Assembly: GCA_038826135.1 (NCBI GenBank) | Contig: JAWBON010000010.1 | Span: forward strand, 1-28,532 | DNA length: 28,532 bases | From: Candidatus Odinarchaeota archaeon | GTDB taxonomy: Archaea; Asgardarchaeota; Odinarchaeia; Odinarchaeales; Odinarchaeaceae | Reading direction: 5' to 3' | In this document: one piece after another, positions 1 to 9,241 of the stretch | Numbering within the stretch: position 1 is the first letter of the stretch | How the letters are laid out: each line of letters begins with the position of its first letter | Notes under the pieces: model-generated | Told to the model about the DNA's origin: nothing | What the model saw: the letters and a program-made list of their open reading frames with translations, nothing else | The model's database searches: none | Program-made: the position numbers and the translations under genes

Positions 1-122
1 AAAATTTAAAAAGCTTTATTTAATTTTTTAAACTTTTTTAATCCTTCAATTTTGAAAATAAATTATTATAATAGATTTTTTAAACACGTATGTTGATTAA
101 TCGAACATAATAAATGTTAATG

Positions 123-151
123 ATTAGTTTAAAACGCGACATTTTTTAAAA
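123..151 (+). repeat. Left copy of a 29-bp imperfect inverted repeat (ATTAGTTTAAAACGCGACATTTTTTAAAA)
   Basis: 134-151 (ACGCGACATTTTTTAAAA) is the exact reverse complement of 3602-3619. The adjacent 11 bp match at 8/11, giving 26/29 overall. Confidence 0.75.
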
Positions 152-295
152 CGCCGGGTTTACAATAACATCATACTGGTCAATTTTTTTCAAAGAAGAT
201 AAATTTTAAGCTAAACTGGTTTACCGCACGTAAAAAAATTAGATAAAGTGCAATGCATTTTTAAATAGAACGCTTACTAACGATTAGCGACCGCT

Positions 296-1714
296 ATGAA
301 TAAAATAAAAAAGATATTAGTGGTTTTAATTATAGTGAATCTAATTTTATTCGGTCACAGAATTTTAGGAAATTCAAGTGAAAGAGATGGTACAGGTGAT
401 AATATTCTTATCCTGTACTATCAGAATAACAGTCAAACAACAGGTTCTTGGTGCAGTTTTTTAAACCGTTATGGATATAATGTGTCAACCCTACCAGTAC
501 AGATTATATTAAGTAATCCAAATTTACTGAAAAACTTTGATTTAATAATACTTGATAACAGCACTAACAATATAAACGGTGATCTTCTAACAGCGGATGA
601 GTATAGATTAATAGCGGATCAGGGAGTCCCGATTATACTTAATGGGTTCGCTGGTTGGCTGATCCTTAAGCTTAGCGAATTCAATTTAATGAAATTATAT
701 GATAAAACATCTATTCTAAAAGTCAATTTAGAGGATTATAAGCTAAACATTTTTCACACGCCTTACGAAATAGAGTTTATTAATCAAAGCTCATTTCTAG
801 CGGTTAAAATAACCGAATACTATTATAATTCAACTATTTTCCTCCCAGCGGAAATAAACATGTTGGAGACATATTTTTACAGGTACTATGATTGCGCGAT
901 CGGTAAATATAGCGGCTACGCTAATAATCCGAATATATTTTTCAGCTTTATCTATACTCCTACAATCCTCTCAGATAACGGTGAAAAAATATATATTAAC
1001 CTAGTCGAATGCGCTTTAGACCGTTCACTAGAAAGAGAGAAAACTTTGTTAACAGTAAAATCCCCTCAAAAAGTGCATGTGAATGAAACCATCTCGGTGG
1101 AAGCTAAATTATTAGACTGTTTTCTAACCCCTCTTATCGGTAGACGTGTGGACCTTTTAATTAACGGGTATTTATATGCTAGTAATATAACTGATTTCAA
1201 TGGTTCAACGATTTTTCCAATAATATTTTCAAAAGCCGGCTCCTATGAGGTAACTGTCACATACAACGGGGATGTGGAATACAGTAACTGCTCCGCCAAA
1301 CAGATAATATTAGTTGAACGCACTTATACAAAAATCTTGTTAAGCTTTAAAAAAGATGTTGCGGATGAAGCGTTCACGGTTACTTTACAATTATTAGATG
1401 AACACGGACAGCCGCTTAGCAATCAAAGCATACTTATTTTAGTGAACGGGGTTAGAATACAGGAACTTATAACAGACAGGGAGGGTAGAATTATCTACAG
1501 GATAAGTTTCGGAGAAAACCTGAAAAAAGTAAGTGTTGAATTCAAATACGAGGGAAACGAAATTTATGATGCTTCTTCTAGGATATGGGAGCTACCGTTA
1601 GAAAATAATATTATGCTAGACTTAGCTGTGCCGATGGGATTGACAGCTATAGCTGGATGCGCTGGTCTGCTAATTATATTCCTAAAAAGGTCAAACGGGT
1701 TTAACAGTTTTTAA
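296..1714 (+). CDS. Membrane-anchored surface glycoprotein with two Ig-like repeats
   Basis: N-terminal signal/TM (KKILVVLIIVNLILFG) and an alpha/beta domain (NFDLIILDN). Two similar beta-sandwich repeats follow (PLIGRRVDLLING..TDFNG..YNGDVEY and PLSNQSILILVNG..TDREG..YEGNEIY). C-terminal TM followed by KR. 11 N-X-S/T sequons counted. Confidence 0.7.
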   Translation: MNKIKKILVVLIIVNLILFGHRILGNSSERDGTGDNILILYYQNNSQTTGSWCSFLNRYGYNVSTLPVQIILSNPNLLKNFDLIILDNSTNNINGDLLTADEYRLIADQGVPIILNGFAGWLILKLSEFNLMKLYDKTSILKVNLEDYKLNIFHTPYEIEFINQSSFLAVKITEYYYNSTIFLPAEINMLETYFYRYYDCAIGKYSGYANNPNIFFSFIYTPTILSDNGEKIYINLVECALDRSLEREKTLLTVKSPQKVHVNETISVEAKLLDCFLTPLIGRRVDLLINGYLYASNITDFNGSTIFPIIFSKAGSYEVTVTYNGDVEYSNCSAKQIILVERTYTKILLSFKKDVADEAFTVTLQLLDEHGQPLSNQSILILVNGVRIQELITDREGRIIYRISFGENLKKVSVEFKYEGNEIYDASSRIWELPLENNIMLDLAVPMGLTAIAGCAGLLIIFLKRSNGFNSF

Positions 1715-1727
1715 TCCGAGATTTAAG

Positions 1728-1735
1728 TTTTTTTT
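1728..1735 (+). terminator. Archaeal oligo-T terminator candidate
   Basis: T8 run 14 nt after the stop codon at 1714. Confidence 0.45.
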
Positions 1736-1816
1736 AATTAATAACACTAAAATTTATCAACAAGTAATTTGAATAATAAAAGTAAATATTATCAGCAATA
1801 AGGAAGAGGCAGATGA

Positions 1817-3607
1817 TTGCTGAAAAAAATCTTACATGTTGATCTGAGTAAAAGAGAGTATAATACATTAAATTTAGACAGTAAAGTGCTATTCGAATAT
1901 CTAGGCGGCTTAGGGCTAGGAGTGTACTACCTTTATAGGAACGTAACCCCGGCGATAAATCCGTTCAGTCCACTAGCATCGTTAATACTGCTATGCGGGC
2001 CTTTAAGCAGCCAGTCTATATCTTGGAGAAGATACGGGTTATTTTTCAAATCACCTTTAACAGGTATAATAGGGGAAAGCTACTCTTACGGATTGATTTC
2101 AGAGACTCTAAGCGCCTTAGGATATATGGGTTTAATAGTTAAAGGATACGCGGAGAAGCCAACATGGCTGCTAATAAGCGAGAATGGTGTTAACTTTAAT
2201 GACGCTTCCGGTTTATGGGGTGTTGACGCCCCGTCTACATGTAAAGAAATAAGTAAACAGGTGAAATCTAGAAATCTAGGCGTATTATCGATAGGCCCTG
2301 CCGGTGAAAACCTTGTAAGATACGCTTCTATTATTGTAGACGGTAAGTATATGGCTCCACGTTGCGGTGGTGGAGCGGTTATGGGCTCTAAGAACCTGAA
2401 GTCTATAGCAATAGACGCTCCTGTAATTGAAAGAGAGGAGAACAGTGAGATGGAGAAAATAGAGGAGCAGATTACAGAGAGTATTAAAACCGCGCAGATG
2501 AGAAAGGATCAGTTCGCTTTAACAGGGGATTTAGCGCTAGTTGATATAGCTAATCAAATAGGCGTGTTCCCGACAAAGTATTGGAGATACAGTTACTCAG
2601 AAGAATATTTAAAATTCAACGCCTCTAAAATAGCATCCACTATACTAGAAGAAAGAGAGGGCTGCGGCAACTGCCCTATTAAATGCAGATATATATGCAG
2701 AGATCCGGGTGGTAAAGCAGGTGATAAATATCATCTTACATATGAGACGGTTAATGCATTCGGAGGCTTGTGCGGATTAGATGATTCTGAAAGAATAGCT
2801 AAAATGAATGGCTTATGCTTCAGACTCGGCGTGGACCCGGCTTCGCTGAGTAATATGATCGGGTTCGCTATCGAATTAGTAAGTAAAAATAAGCTTAAAC
2901 CAGTTGATAAACTAGAATACGGGGAGTTAGAGGACCTGATGAGATTAACTGAACAAATATGTTACAGAGACCAGTTCGGATTCTATTTCTCAGACGGGTT
3001 GAGAATAGCGGCTAAGAAAATAAATTACAATGACACTCTTATAGAGGTGAAAGGGTTGGAGCCGATAGGTTTAGACCCCCGCGGCTTAGTAATGCAACCT
3101 TTAATAATAGGTGTAAGCCCTTCCGGCGGCAACTATGGTAGTACAAGCATATTCATAGAAGAATTATTAAATAATCAGGGAAAACGCGAGAGAACACCTA
3201 AAATAAGTGATATAATCGCGCTGGTTGATAAAATATGCTTAGTCAACAGTTTAATGGTGTGCGATATACTATCCACTTATATAAATCTACAACAGCTATC
3301 TGAAATATTATCTATATCATTAAATATACACTACGGGGAGGATACCTTGAAAAAAGTGTGTGAAAAAATTATAAACGTCTCCCGGCATTTTCTGCTCAGA
3401 GAAGGGTTGAGATCATCAGACGACCTGCTTCCGGAACTATTCTATGAGCAACCGATAGTTATAGGGGCTTCAAAAGGCAAAGTAATGGATTTCGACATCT
3501 ATAAGAAAAATCTTGAAGAATATTATTTTAGAAGAGGATTCAGTAAAGAAGGGGTCCCCCATAAAAAATCAGAGTTAGATGATGAGGGGGTTACATATTA
3601 TTTTTAA
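1817..3607 (+). CDS. Aldehyde:ferredoxin oxidoreductase (AOR/WOR) family protein, divergent
   Basis: Motifs KSPLTG, IGPAGENLVRYASI, GGGAVMGSKNLKSI, CGNCPIKC (CxxCxxxC), YETV, distal Cys in NSLMVC and C-terminal YYFRRGFSKEGVP. TTG start. Confidence 0.85.
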   Translation: MLKKILHVDLSKREYNTLNLDSKVLFEYLGGLGLGVYYLYRNVTPAINPFSPLASLILLCGPLSSQSISWRRYGLFFKSPLTGIIGESYSYGLISETLSALGYMGLIVKGYAEKPTWLLISENGVNFNDASGLWGVDAPSTCKEISKQVKSRNLGVLSIGPAGENLVRYASIIVDGKYMAPRCGGGAVMGSKNLKSIAIDAPVIEREENSEMEKIEEQITESIKTAQMRKDQFALTGDLALVDIANQIGVFPTKYWRYSYSEEYLKFNASKIASTILEEREGCGNCPIKCRYICRDPGGKAGDKYHLTYETVNAFGGLCGLDDSERIAKMNGLCFRLGVDPASLSNMIGFAIELVSKNKLKPVDKLEYGELEDLMRLTEQICYRDQFGFYFSDGLRIAAKKINYNDTLIEVKGLEPIGLDPRGLVMQPLIIGVSPSGGNYGSTSIFIEELLNNQGKRERTPKISDIIALVDKICLVNSLMVCDILSTYINLQQLSEILSISLNIHYGEDTLKKVCEKIINVSRHFLLREGLRSSDDLLPELFYEQPIVIGASKGKVMDFDIYKKNLEEYYFRRGFSKEGVPHKKSELDDEGVTYYF

Positions 3608-3630
3608 AAAATGTCGCGTATTCAACTAGT
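3602..3630 (-). repeat. Right copy of the 29-bp inverted repeat, overlapping the AOR-family stop codon
   Basis: The minus strand reads ACTAGTTGAATACGCGACATTTTTTAAAA, 26/29 identical to 123-151. Confidence 0.75.
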
Positions 3631-3754
3631 TTTTTCACATTATTTTTAATAATATCTTGAAACACTCCGATAAAACATCTTTTCAGAAGCCGCGTTGAGC
3701 GTTTGATACTTCAAAAACAGGTTTAAATAATTTCAGCTAACTTCACACTTCAAG

Positions 3755-5326
3755 GTGGCATCCATGAGTAAACTATTTAAAATACTAGTGAAACTGGGAA
3801 TTAAAAAATTTTATACTCCACTTGAAAAAGCTGTTGAGAACCCGTATGAATCACAGGAGAGAGTGCTTCTCAAAATTATTAATAATAATAAATACACTTT
3901 TTTCGGTAAAAAATATGGTTTCAGTTCAATCCACTCAATCAAAGAATATCAGCAGAAGGTCCCCGTATTAAAATACGCTGATTATAAGCCGATGATAAAG
4001 CGTATAATCCAAGGTGAGGAGAATATTTTAACCCCTTATAAGATAGTGCATCTGGCACAAACCTCGGGGACCACGGGGACACCTAAAATACTTCCGTTAT
4101 CAAAACAGTCTATAAAAGAATTCGGTAATATGTCAGCTAGAATATTCGCCTCATATATAAATGAGAATTCTGAAAACAATAGAATATTGGATGGAAAATT
4201 TCTTTTATTTATGGCTCCTGCATTCGACCACTACATAAATAATTTACCTGTAGGGTATATTTCAGGTATAAACGCGGTAAACCAGAGTAAAATATTTCAA
4301 AAAAGAATTATACCCCCATTATCAATAATTAACGAGAGAGATTGGAGTGTGAAATTTTATAAGACAGCTCAATTAGCTGTTAAAAATAATATCACACTTG
4401 CCGGTGGAGTGACGCCGTTATTATTATCACTATTCCGGAAAATATTAGAAGACCATGGTAATCCGCTGCCTTACGATTACGTGAAAAATTTAAGCAATGA
4501 TAATTTCGGGGACTGTTTATCTAAGCTCTGGCCTAATTTTAAAGTATTATTACACAGTGGTGTTAATGTTAAACCCTACATGGGGTGGATGCGCGAAATA
4601 TTTAATGAACAGGTTGATTTTAGAGATTGCTACGGTGCAACTGAAGGTGTGTTCGCATTTCAAACAAGTGAAAGAGAGGGGATGACACTTAACTTAGACA
4701 CGTATTTTTACGAGTTCATACCGGAATATGAAATTAAAAATGAGAACCCTGAAAGATATCTTGCAGATGAAATTAAAAAAGGTGAAAAATATACTATGAT
4801 AGTCACAACCTCGAATGGTTTGTACTCTTATTTAATATCAGATATGGTTGAGGTGGCTAGCACCGATCCTGTTACTATAAAGGTTACAGGAAGACTGGGG
4901 GGTGAAATCAACTTAGCGGGTGAGAAAATGAGCGAACAGTGTATTTCGGAAGCCTTATACGAGACCAGTTTATTCTGCAAGCTTCAAATAAATGATTTTT
5001 CAATAATACCTGTCTACGATAATAAACCCAGATACAGATTCCTCATAGAGTTTAAGAATCAGCCGCAGGACCCTGTAACATTTCTTAAAACCCTTGATAA
5101 AGCATTAAGCTATCATAATGGAATCTACGATCAATGTAGGCGGATGAGTTTAATAGCAAATCCTGAGATGGTGATTCTACCAGCAGGTACATATGAAAAA
5201 TACAAGGAGAAGCAGGCTGCTATAGGCTCCCCTATAGGGCAGATGAAAATCCCGCGGGTGGCGTCAAATAGTTTAATAGAGGAGACTGTTAACTTAAATA
5301 ATAAAATAGATGTGTTATCATATTAA
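3755..5326 (+). CDS. GH3 (auxin-responsive GH3 / acyl-acid amido synthetase) family protein
   Basis: QERVLLKII..NKYTFFGKKYGF, adenylation P-loop TSGTTGTPK, YGATEG, YSYLISD, GEKMSE and C-terminal GQMKIPRV. The true start may be ATG 3764 (GGTG 6 nt upstream). Confidence 0.85.
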   Translation: MASMSKLFKILVKLGIKKFYTPLEKAVENPYESQERVLLKIINNNKYTFFGKKYGFSSIHSIKEYQQKVPVLKYADYKPMIKRIIQGEENILTPYKIVHLAQTSGTTGTPKILPLSKQSIKEFGNMSARIFASYINENSENNRILDGKFLLFMAPAFDHYINNLPVGYISGINAVNQSKIFQKRIIPPLSIINERDWSVKFYKTAQLAVKNNITLAGGVTPLLLSLFRKILEDHGNPLPYDYVKNLSNDNFGDCLSKLWPNFKVLLHSGVNVKPYMGWMREIFNEQVDFRDCYGATEGVFAFQTSEREGMTLNLDTYFYEFIPEYEIKNENPERYLADEIKKGEKYTMIVTTSNGLYSYLISDMVEVASTDPVTIKVTGRLGGEINLAGEKMSEQCISEALYETSLFCKLQINDFSIIPVYDNKPRYRFLIEFKNQPQDPVTFLKTLDKALSYHNGIYDQCRRMSLIANPEMVILPAGTYEKYKEKQAAIGSPIGQMKIPRVASNSLIEETVNLNNKIDVLSY

Positions 5327-5610
5327 CAGATATGAATTTATTTAGTCTCAGAATTTTAAGTCCTCAGTTATTTTTCAAAAAACGTAGTATATAGTATATT
5401 TTACGTGGTTTATTGTTTGAGGAGTTTGCTCTTCAAGTAACATTGATTAACCTGACCGTGGCAGATAACTAGTTTGAAAAAGACAGTTTGTTTTTCAGAA
5501 GAACCGGGTCCCCCAACACTTATTATTAAAAGATATGTTTTAAATTAATTAAAATATTAACTTATTATTAATATAGGTTTAGCTATAAATATTCAGATAG
5601 AGGATTTTAA

Positions 5611-6303
5611 ATGAAACTATATGATTTATATATTATTTACAGGGATGGAAGAAATATTTTTCATAAAAGTTTCTGTGAGACAGCGCTGGATGAGTCGATT
5701 ATAAGCGGATTCTTAAGCGCGCTCACAGAGTTTTCAAGAGAGGTTCTCCCCTCAGAGGGTTTGCTTAAAGTGATTGAAAAAGGCAGTATAAAGGTTATTT
5801 TCAGCCATGGGAGAAACCTTCACATGGCACTTATTAGTGATGCTGTTGATAGGAAGGAAATATTATATTTGAATAACCGGTTAATAGAGTTAACTGATAG
5901 GCTTGAAGCTCAATATAAAAGTTTATTAGATGATTGGAGTGGGGATCTATCAGAGTTTAAAGGTTTAGACGAGATTGTATCCGACTCTTTCCGTGATATT
6001 GTGAGATTAAGCCAACCACCAAATATAAAAGAACTTGCGGATAAGAGAAAAATGTATTTTTACACTGTTGACGAGGATGGGACTAACATATTCAATGCTT
6101 TCTATAAGGGTTCATGGAGTTTTACAGAATTTCTGAAAAAGTTTTCTATTCCAGATATATTAGTAACCCAGCTTCTTAGCCGGTTAAAATCAACATACTT
6201 AACCTTAGACGAGATTAAAACTGAATTAAGCGTCGACGAGGATACTCTTCTTAAGCTTTTAAGGAATCTTACTTTAAGGGGGATAATAAGTGTCTGCACA
6301 TAG
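5611..6303 (+). CDS. Longin-like domain fused to a C-terminal winged helix-turn-helix
   Basis: LYIIYRDGRNIF..ISGFLSALTEFSREV..WSGDLSEF is the Asgard longin pattern. The C-terminal LTLDEIKTELSVDEDTLLKLLRNLTLRGII is wHTH-like. Confidence 0.7.
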   Translation: MKLYDLYIIYRDGRNIFHKSFCETALDESIISGFLSALTEFSREVLPSEGLLKVIEKGSIKVIFSHGRNLHMALISDAVDRKEILYLNNRLIELTDRLEAQYKSLLDDWSGDLSEFKGLDEIVSDSFRDIVRLSQPPNIKELADKRKMYFYTVDEDGTNIFNAFYKGSWSFTEFLKKFSIPDILVTQLLSRLKSTYLTLDEIKTELSVDEDTLLKLLRNLTLRGIISVCT

Positions 6304-7420
6304 CCAGCTGCCGATGGATATTAATATATCTAAAGTTGCTAGAGGACTCACCTCGTATATTAAAAGACTCTTGATTCAAACAGCGTTGGCGGAAGGCTTC
6401 CCTGATATTTTAAATGATTATAAGAGTATTCTAGATCTCGCTAATTACACTGACACAAAGGATTTGAAGATGCTTAGGGAGCTTGTAGTTTCACTTGTAA
6501 AGCTTGGTATAATAGATCAGAAAGGGGATTTATTTAAATGGATAGGCGGCGAGATCCGGGTGACAGAGGATGAAGAATATGTTAAGCCGCTGGCTGAGCC
6601 TTGGATTACAATGTTGCAGACTTATATGAAGAAGTTCCCTGATCTGCTTAAAGGTAGAAGCCGCCTATCACTTAAAGAACCGGGTATATGGGACAGCGTC
6701 TACTCAACTCCGATATACCAGTTTATATGGTTGAACACGATTAAACAATTAAATATCACTAATGATTCGGTGATACTAGATTTAGGGTGTAAAACCGGTT
6801 GGAATACGATAAATATACTTAATAATTATGACCCTAAAAATGTGGTTGCGGTAGATGTTAACCAGGATTTTTTAAATGTAGCTGATGAAAACATATGTAA
6901 TTTCGCATTTGAGAAAAGGTTTAAGGTTACACTAATAAGACATGATTTTACTAATGAAATAGATTTAACAGGATGCTTAGGGGATGAGAAGCCGGATAAG
7001 GTGATTGTATCCTACTTGTTCCACTGGTATCCTGAAACAGATTACTTGAATATTTTAAGTAATATAAGAAAGGTTTTAGCTGAAGACGCGGAGATAGTGT
7101 TCATCCAGCCCCATATAGTTTACAGGAACCAGTCGATATTCTTTCAGCTCCCCTTATATGTGGAGGATGGTTTTAAAGGATACCCGCTGTTAGAGACTTT
7201 AGCGAACACTATTATCGCGTCAGGTTTCTCTATGCCTAAAAGAGAATACAATATTTGCCTTTACTCTAAGATGGGGGGCGAACAAACTAAACCGCTAAGG
7301 ATTTCAGCGGATCCACCTAAGTATTGTAAGATTTGCGGGGGAGAGCTTCAGGAGAATGCTTTCTTCTGCGCTTATTGCAGGAATACAGTTGATTTTAATG
7401 TTAATCTTCCCTTACTATGA
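6290..7420 (+). CDS. Class I SAM-dependent methyltransferase with N-terminal wHTH-like domain and C-terminal zinc ribbon
   Basis: Motif I VILDLGCKTG, VVAVDVNQDFL, RHDF and SYLFHW. N-terminal LRELVVSLVKLGII. C-terminal CKIC..CAYC. Overlaps the upstream gene by 14 bp. Confidence 0.8.
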   Translation: MSAHSQLPMDINISKVARGLTSYIKRLLIQTALAEGFPDILNDYKSILDLANYTDTKDLKMLRELVVSLVKLGIIDQKGDLFKWIGGEIRVTEDEEYVKPLAEPWITMLQTYMKKFPDLLKGRSRLSLKEPGIWDSVYSTPIYQFIWLNTIKQLNITNDSVILDLGCKTGWNTINILNNYDPKNVVAVDVNQDFLNVADENICNFAFEKRFKVTLIRHDFTNEIDLTGCLGDEKPDKVIVSYLFHWYPETDYLNILSNIRKVLAEDAEIVFIQPHIVYRNQSIFFQLPLYVEDGFKGYPLLETLANTIIASGFSMPKREYNICLYSKMGGEQTKPLRISADPPKYCKICGGELQENAFFCAYCRNTVDFNVNLPLL

Positions 7421-9241
7421 TTTAAGCAAAGACTCTTTAATCTTAATTGCCAGCTTATAGCTGACGCCTAATTTTTTAACCAAATTATCCGGTGACTCGC
7501 TTCGGAGGATTTCAAGATCAGGATAGTTTAAGCGAATACGCTTTTTAAGCTGTTCACCTATACCAGTAATATTGTCAAGCACTGATTCGAAAAATTGTTT
7601 AGCTCTGAGCTTCCTATGATAGTTGACAGCGAACCTGTGAGCTTCATCGCGGATATATTGAAGTATTTTTTTAAAACCAGAATCGTCTGGGAAGATGAGG
7701 GGTTCTTTAGAGAAAGCAGTGTAAACTTCTTCTCTCTCTTTAGCTAATCCAATTACAGGGATATTTAATCCAAGGTTTTTTAAAACCTCTAAAGCCGTAT
7801 TTAACTGGCCTCTACCGCCGTCAACAACTATTAAAGCAGGTATTTTATCATTCTCTAAACCTATTTTTCTAAGTCTTCTGGTAAGAACCTCCCTTAACAT
7901 ATCATAGTCGTCTTGTGCTTCAACGGTTTTAATCTTGTACATTCTATAACTTTTCTTAAACGGGTACCCGTCTAAGAATACCACTTTAGAGCCTACAGGT
8001 TGCCTGCCTCTAATATTTGAGATGTCAAAAGCCTCTATTATTAGAGGGTGTTTGTTAAAATCATAGGCGGGGAACAGTGAAGACAACTCTCTGACGGTTT
8101 CTTCAAGCCGCTTTCTATCTGATAGCTCTTTTATAAGCCTCCTCTTAAATTCAGCTGCGGTCGCTTCTCTCAGTAAACTTAAATATTCTTTATCTAGCTG
8201 TGAAAGGCATTGTGTAACTGTAACCTGTCTGTTATTTAATCCAAGTAACTTGCCTAGAAGGGACAGTAGGTTGCCATCATCACTATCTATTATTATTTTA
8301 CTAGGCGTCTCAGCTGTATTAAAATATAATCTTGTGATCAATGTTTCAAACACTTCACTATCCGTGTTAAATTCGTTAACTTTCACTTTATAGTATCGCT
8401 GGCTCGCTATCCCTTCACTGGTAACTGATAGCACCCCTACAAGGGCTTCATTATACTCTCTTACAAGTGTGATGAAGGCTATGCTCTCCCCACCGCCAAG
8501 CTTAACTTTTCTACTGTCAAGTATCTTATTCACAGCGAATAGGCGATCTCTCATTAAAGCAGCCTTCTCAAACTCTTGTCTAGAAGCAGCCTCTTCCATT
8601 TCACGCTTCAGATTCTCTATTAGAGTCTCCCCTCTACCTTTAAAGAATAATTTCATATATTCCAGCGACTTAGAGTATTCAGCTGGATCAACGTATTGGA
8701 AGCATGGGCCAGGGCATCTTCTTATACTGTATTGTAAGCACGGTCTTTTTCTACCAAGTTCGATTATCTTATTTTTACAGTTCGCAAGCGGGAAAAATGA
8801 GCGTAGATAGTTAAAGGTTCTTTTCAGATCTTCAACGTTCGCGAACGGGCCTATAAACTCAGCGTTCTGATCCTCTCCGACTTTAAGTTTTCTCACCATT
8901 AACATACGAGGATATTTCTCGGATACGGTGATCTTAACATAAGGATAGGATTTATCGTCTTTGAATGAAACGTTATATTTAGGGTCTAATTCACTTATCT
9001 TCCTCTGCTCTAAAATTAATGCCTCCACCTCGTTCGGAGTTAGAATAAAGTCTATTCTTTCAACCTCTGATATTAACTGTTTCTCCTTTCTGTCTTTGGA
9101 ATTATAGTGCTGTAACACTCTTTTCCTTATACTTTTAGCTTTACCAGTATAGATGCACTCGCCTTGTTTATCGTAAAATATATAGATTCCTGTCTTATCA
9201 GGTAACTGTTGAATATCGTTTAATAAGTTTAAGACGCCCGT
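7415..9241 (-). CDS. uvrC: Excinuclease ABC subunit C; 5' end extended from the supplied ORF (GTG 9118) to a probable ACG start at 9241
   Basis: In frame upstream of 9118 the sequence reads [30 protein letters not shown] (GIY-YIG). Downstream are EALILE, the Cys cluster ([16 protein letters not shown]), a UVR motif ([10 protein letters not shown]), the RNase H-like motifs IEAFDISN / DGGRGQ / RDEAHRFA and a HhH. The gene call is certain; the start position is inferred. Confidence 0.93.
   Translation of the reverse strand, partial: TGVLNLLNDIQQLPDKTGIYIFYDKQGECIYTGKAKSIRKRVLQHYNSKDRKEKQLISEVERIDFILTPNEVEALILEQRKISELDPKYNVSFKDDKSYPYVKITVSEKYPRMLMVRKLKVGEDQNAEFIGPFANVEDLKRTFNYLRSFFPLANCKNKIIELGRKRPCLQYSIRRCPGPCFQYVDPAEYSKSLEYMKLFFKGRGETLIENLKREMEEAASRQEFEKAALMRDRLFAVNKILDSRKVKLGGGESIAFITLVREYNEALVGVLSVTSEGIASQRYYKVKVNEFNTDSEVFETLITRLYFNTAETPSKIIIDSDDGNLLSLLGKLLGLNNRQVTVTQCLSQLDKEYLSLLREATAAEFKRRLIKELSDRKRLEETVRELSSLFPAYDFNKHPLIIEAFDISNIRGRQPVGSKVVFLDGYPFKKSYRMYKIKTVEAQDDYDMLREVLTRRLRKIGLENDKIPALIVVDGGRGQLNTALEVLKNLGLNIPVIGLAKEREEVYTAFSKEPLIFPDDSGFKKILQYIRDEAHRFAVNYHRKLRAKQFFESVLDNITGIGEQLKKRIRLNYPDLEILRSESPDNLVKKLGVSYKLAIKIKESLLKS

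Noticed and set aside
4497-4685. 62-aa + strand ORF
   Set aside because: Alternative frame inside the GH3 gene; no motifs.
5412-5471. 19-codon TTG ORF after GTGGTTTA in the 284-bp gap, and possible TAG read-through
   Set aside because: Too short, no recognisable product, and the read-through peptide is uninformative.
5443-5500. TGATTA..CTGA as a C/D-box sRNA, and ACTAGTTTGAAAAAGACA as a third copy of the inverted repeat
   Set aside because: No second C'/D pair or terminal stem is evident; the repeat similarity needs gaps and lacks the CGCG core.
6102-6299. 65-aa - strand ORF
   Set aside because: Antisense shadow of the longin-wHTH gene.
9118-9241. uvrC as a pseudogene or N-terminally truncated (Cho-like or RNase H-only) variant
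   Set aside because: The GIY-YIG sequence is intact and in frame with no stop or frameshift; only the start codon is atypical.
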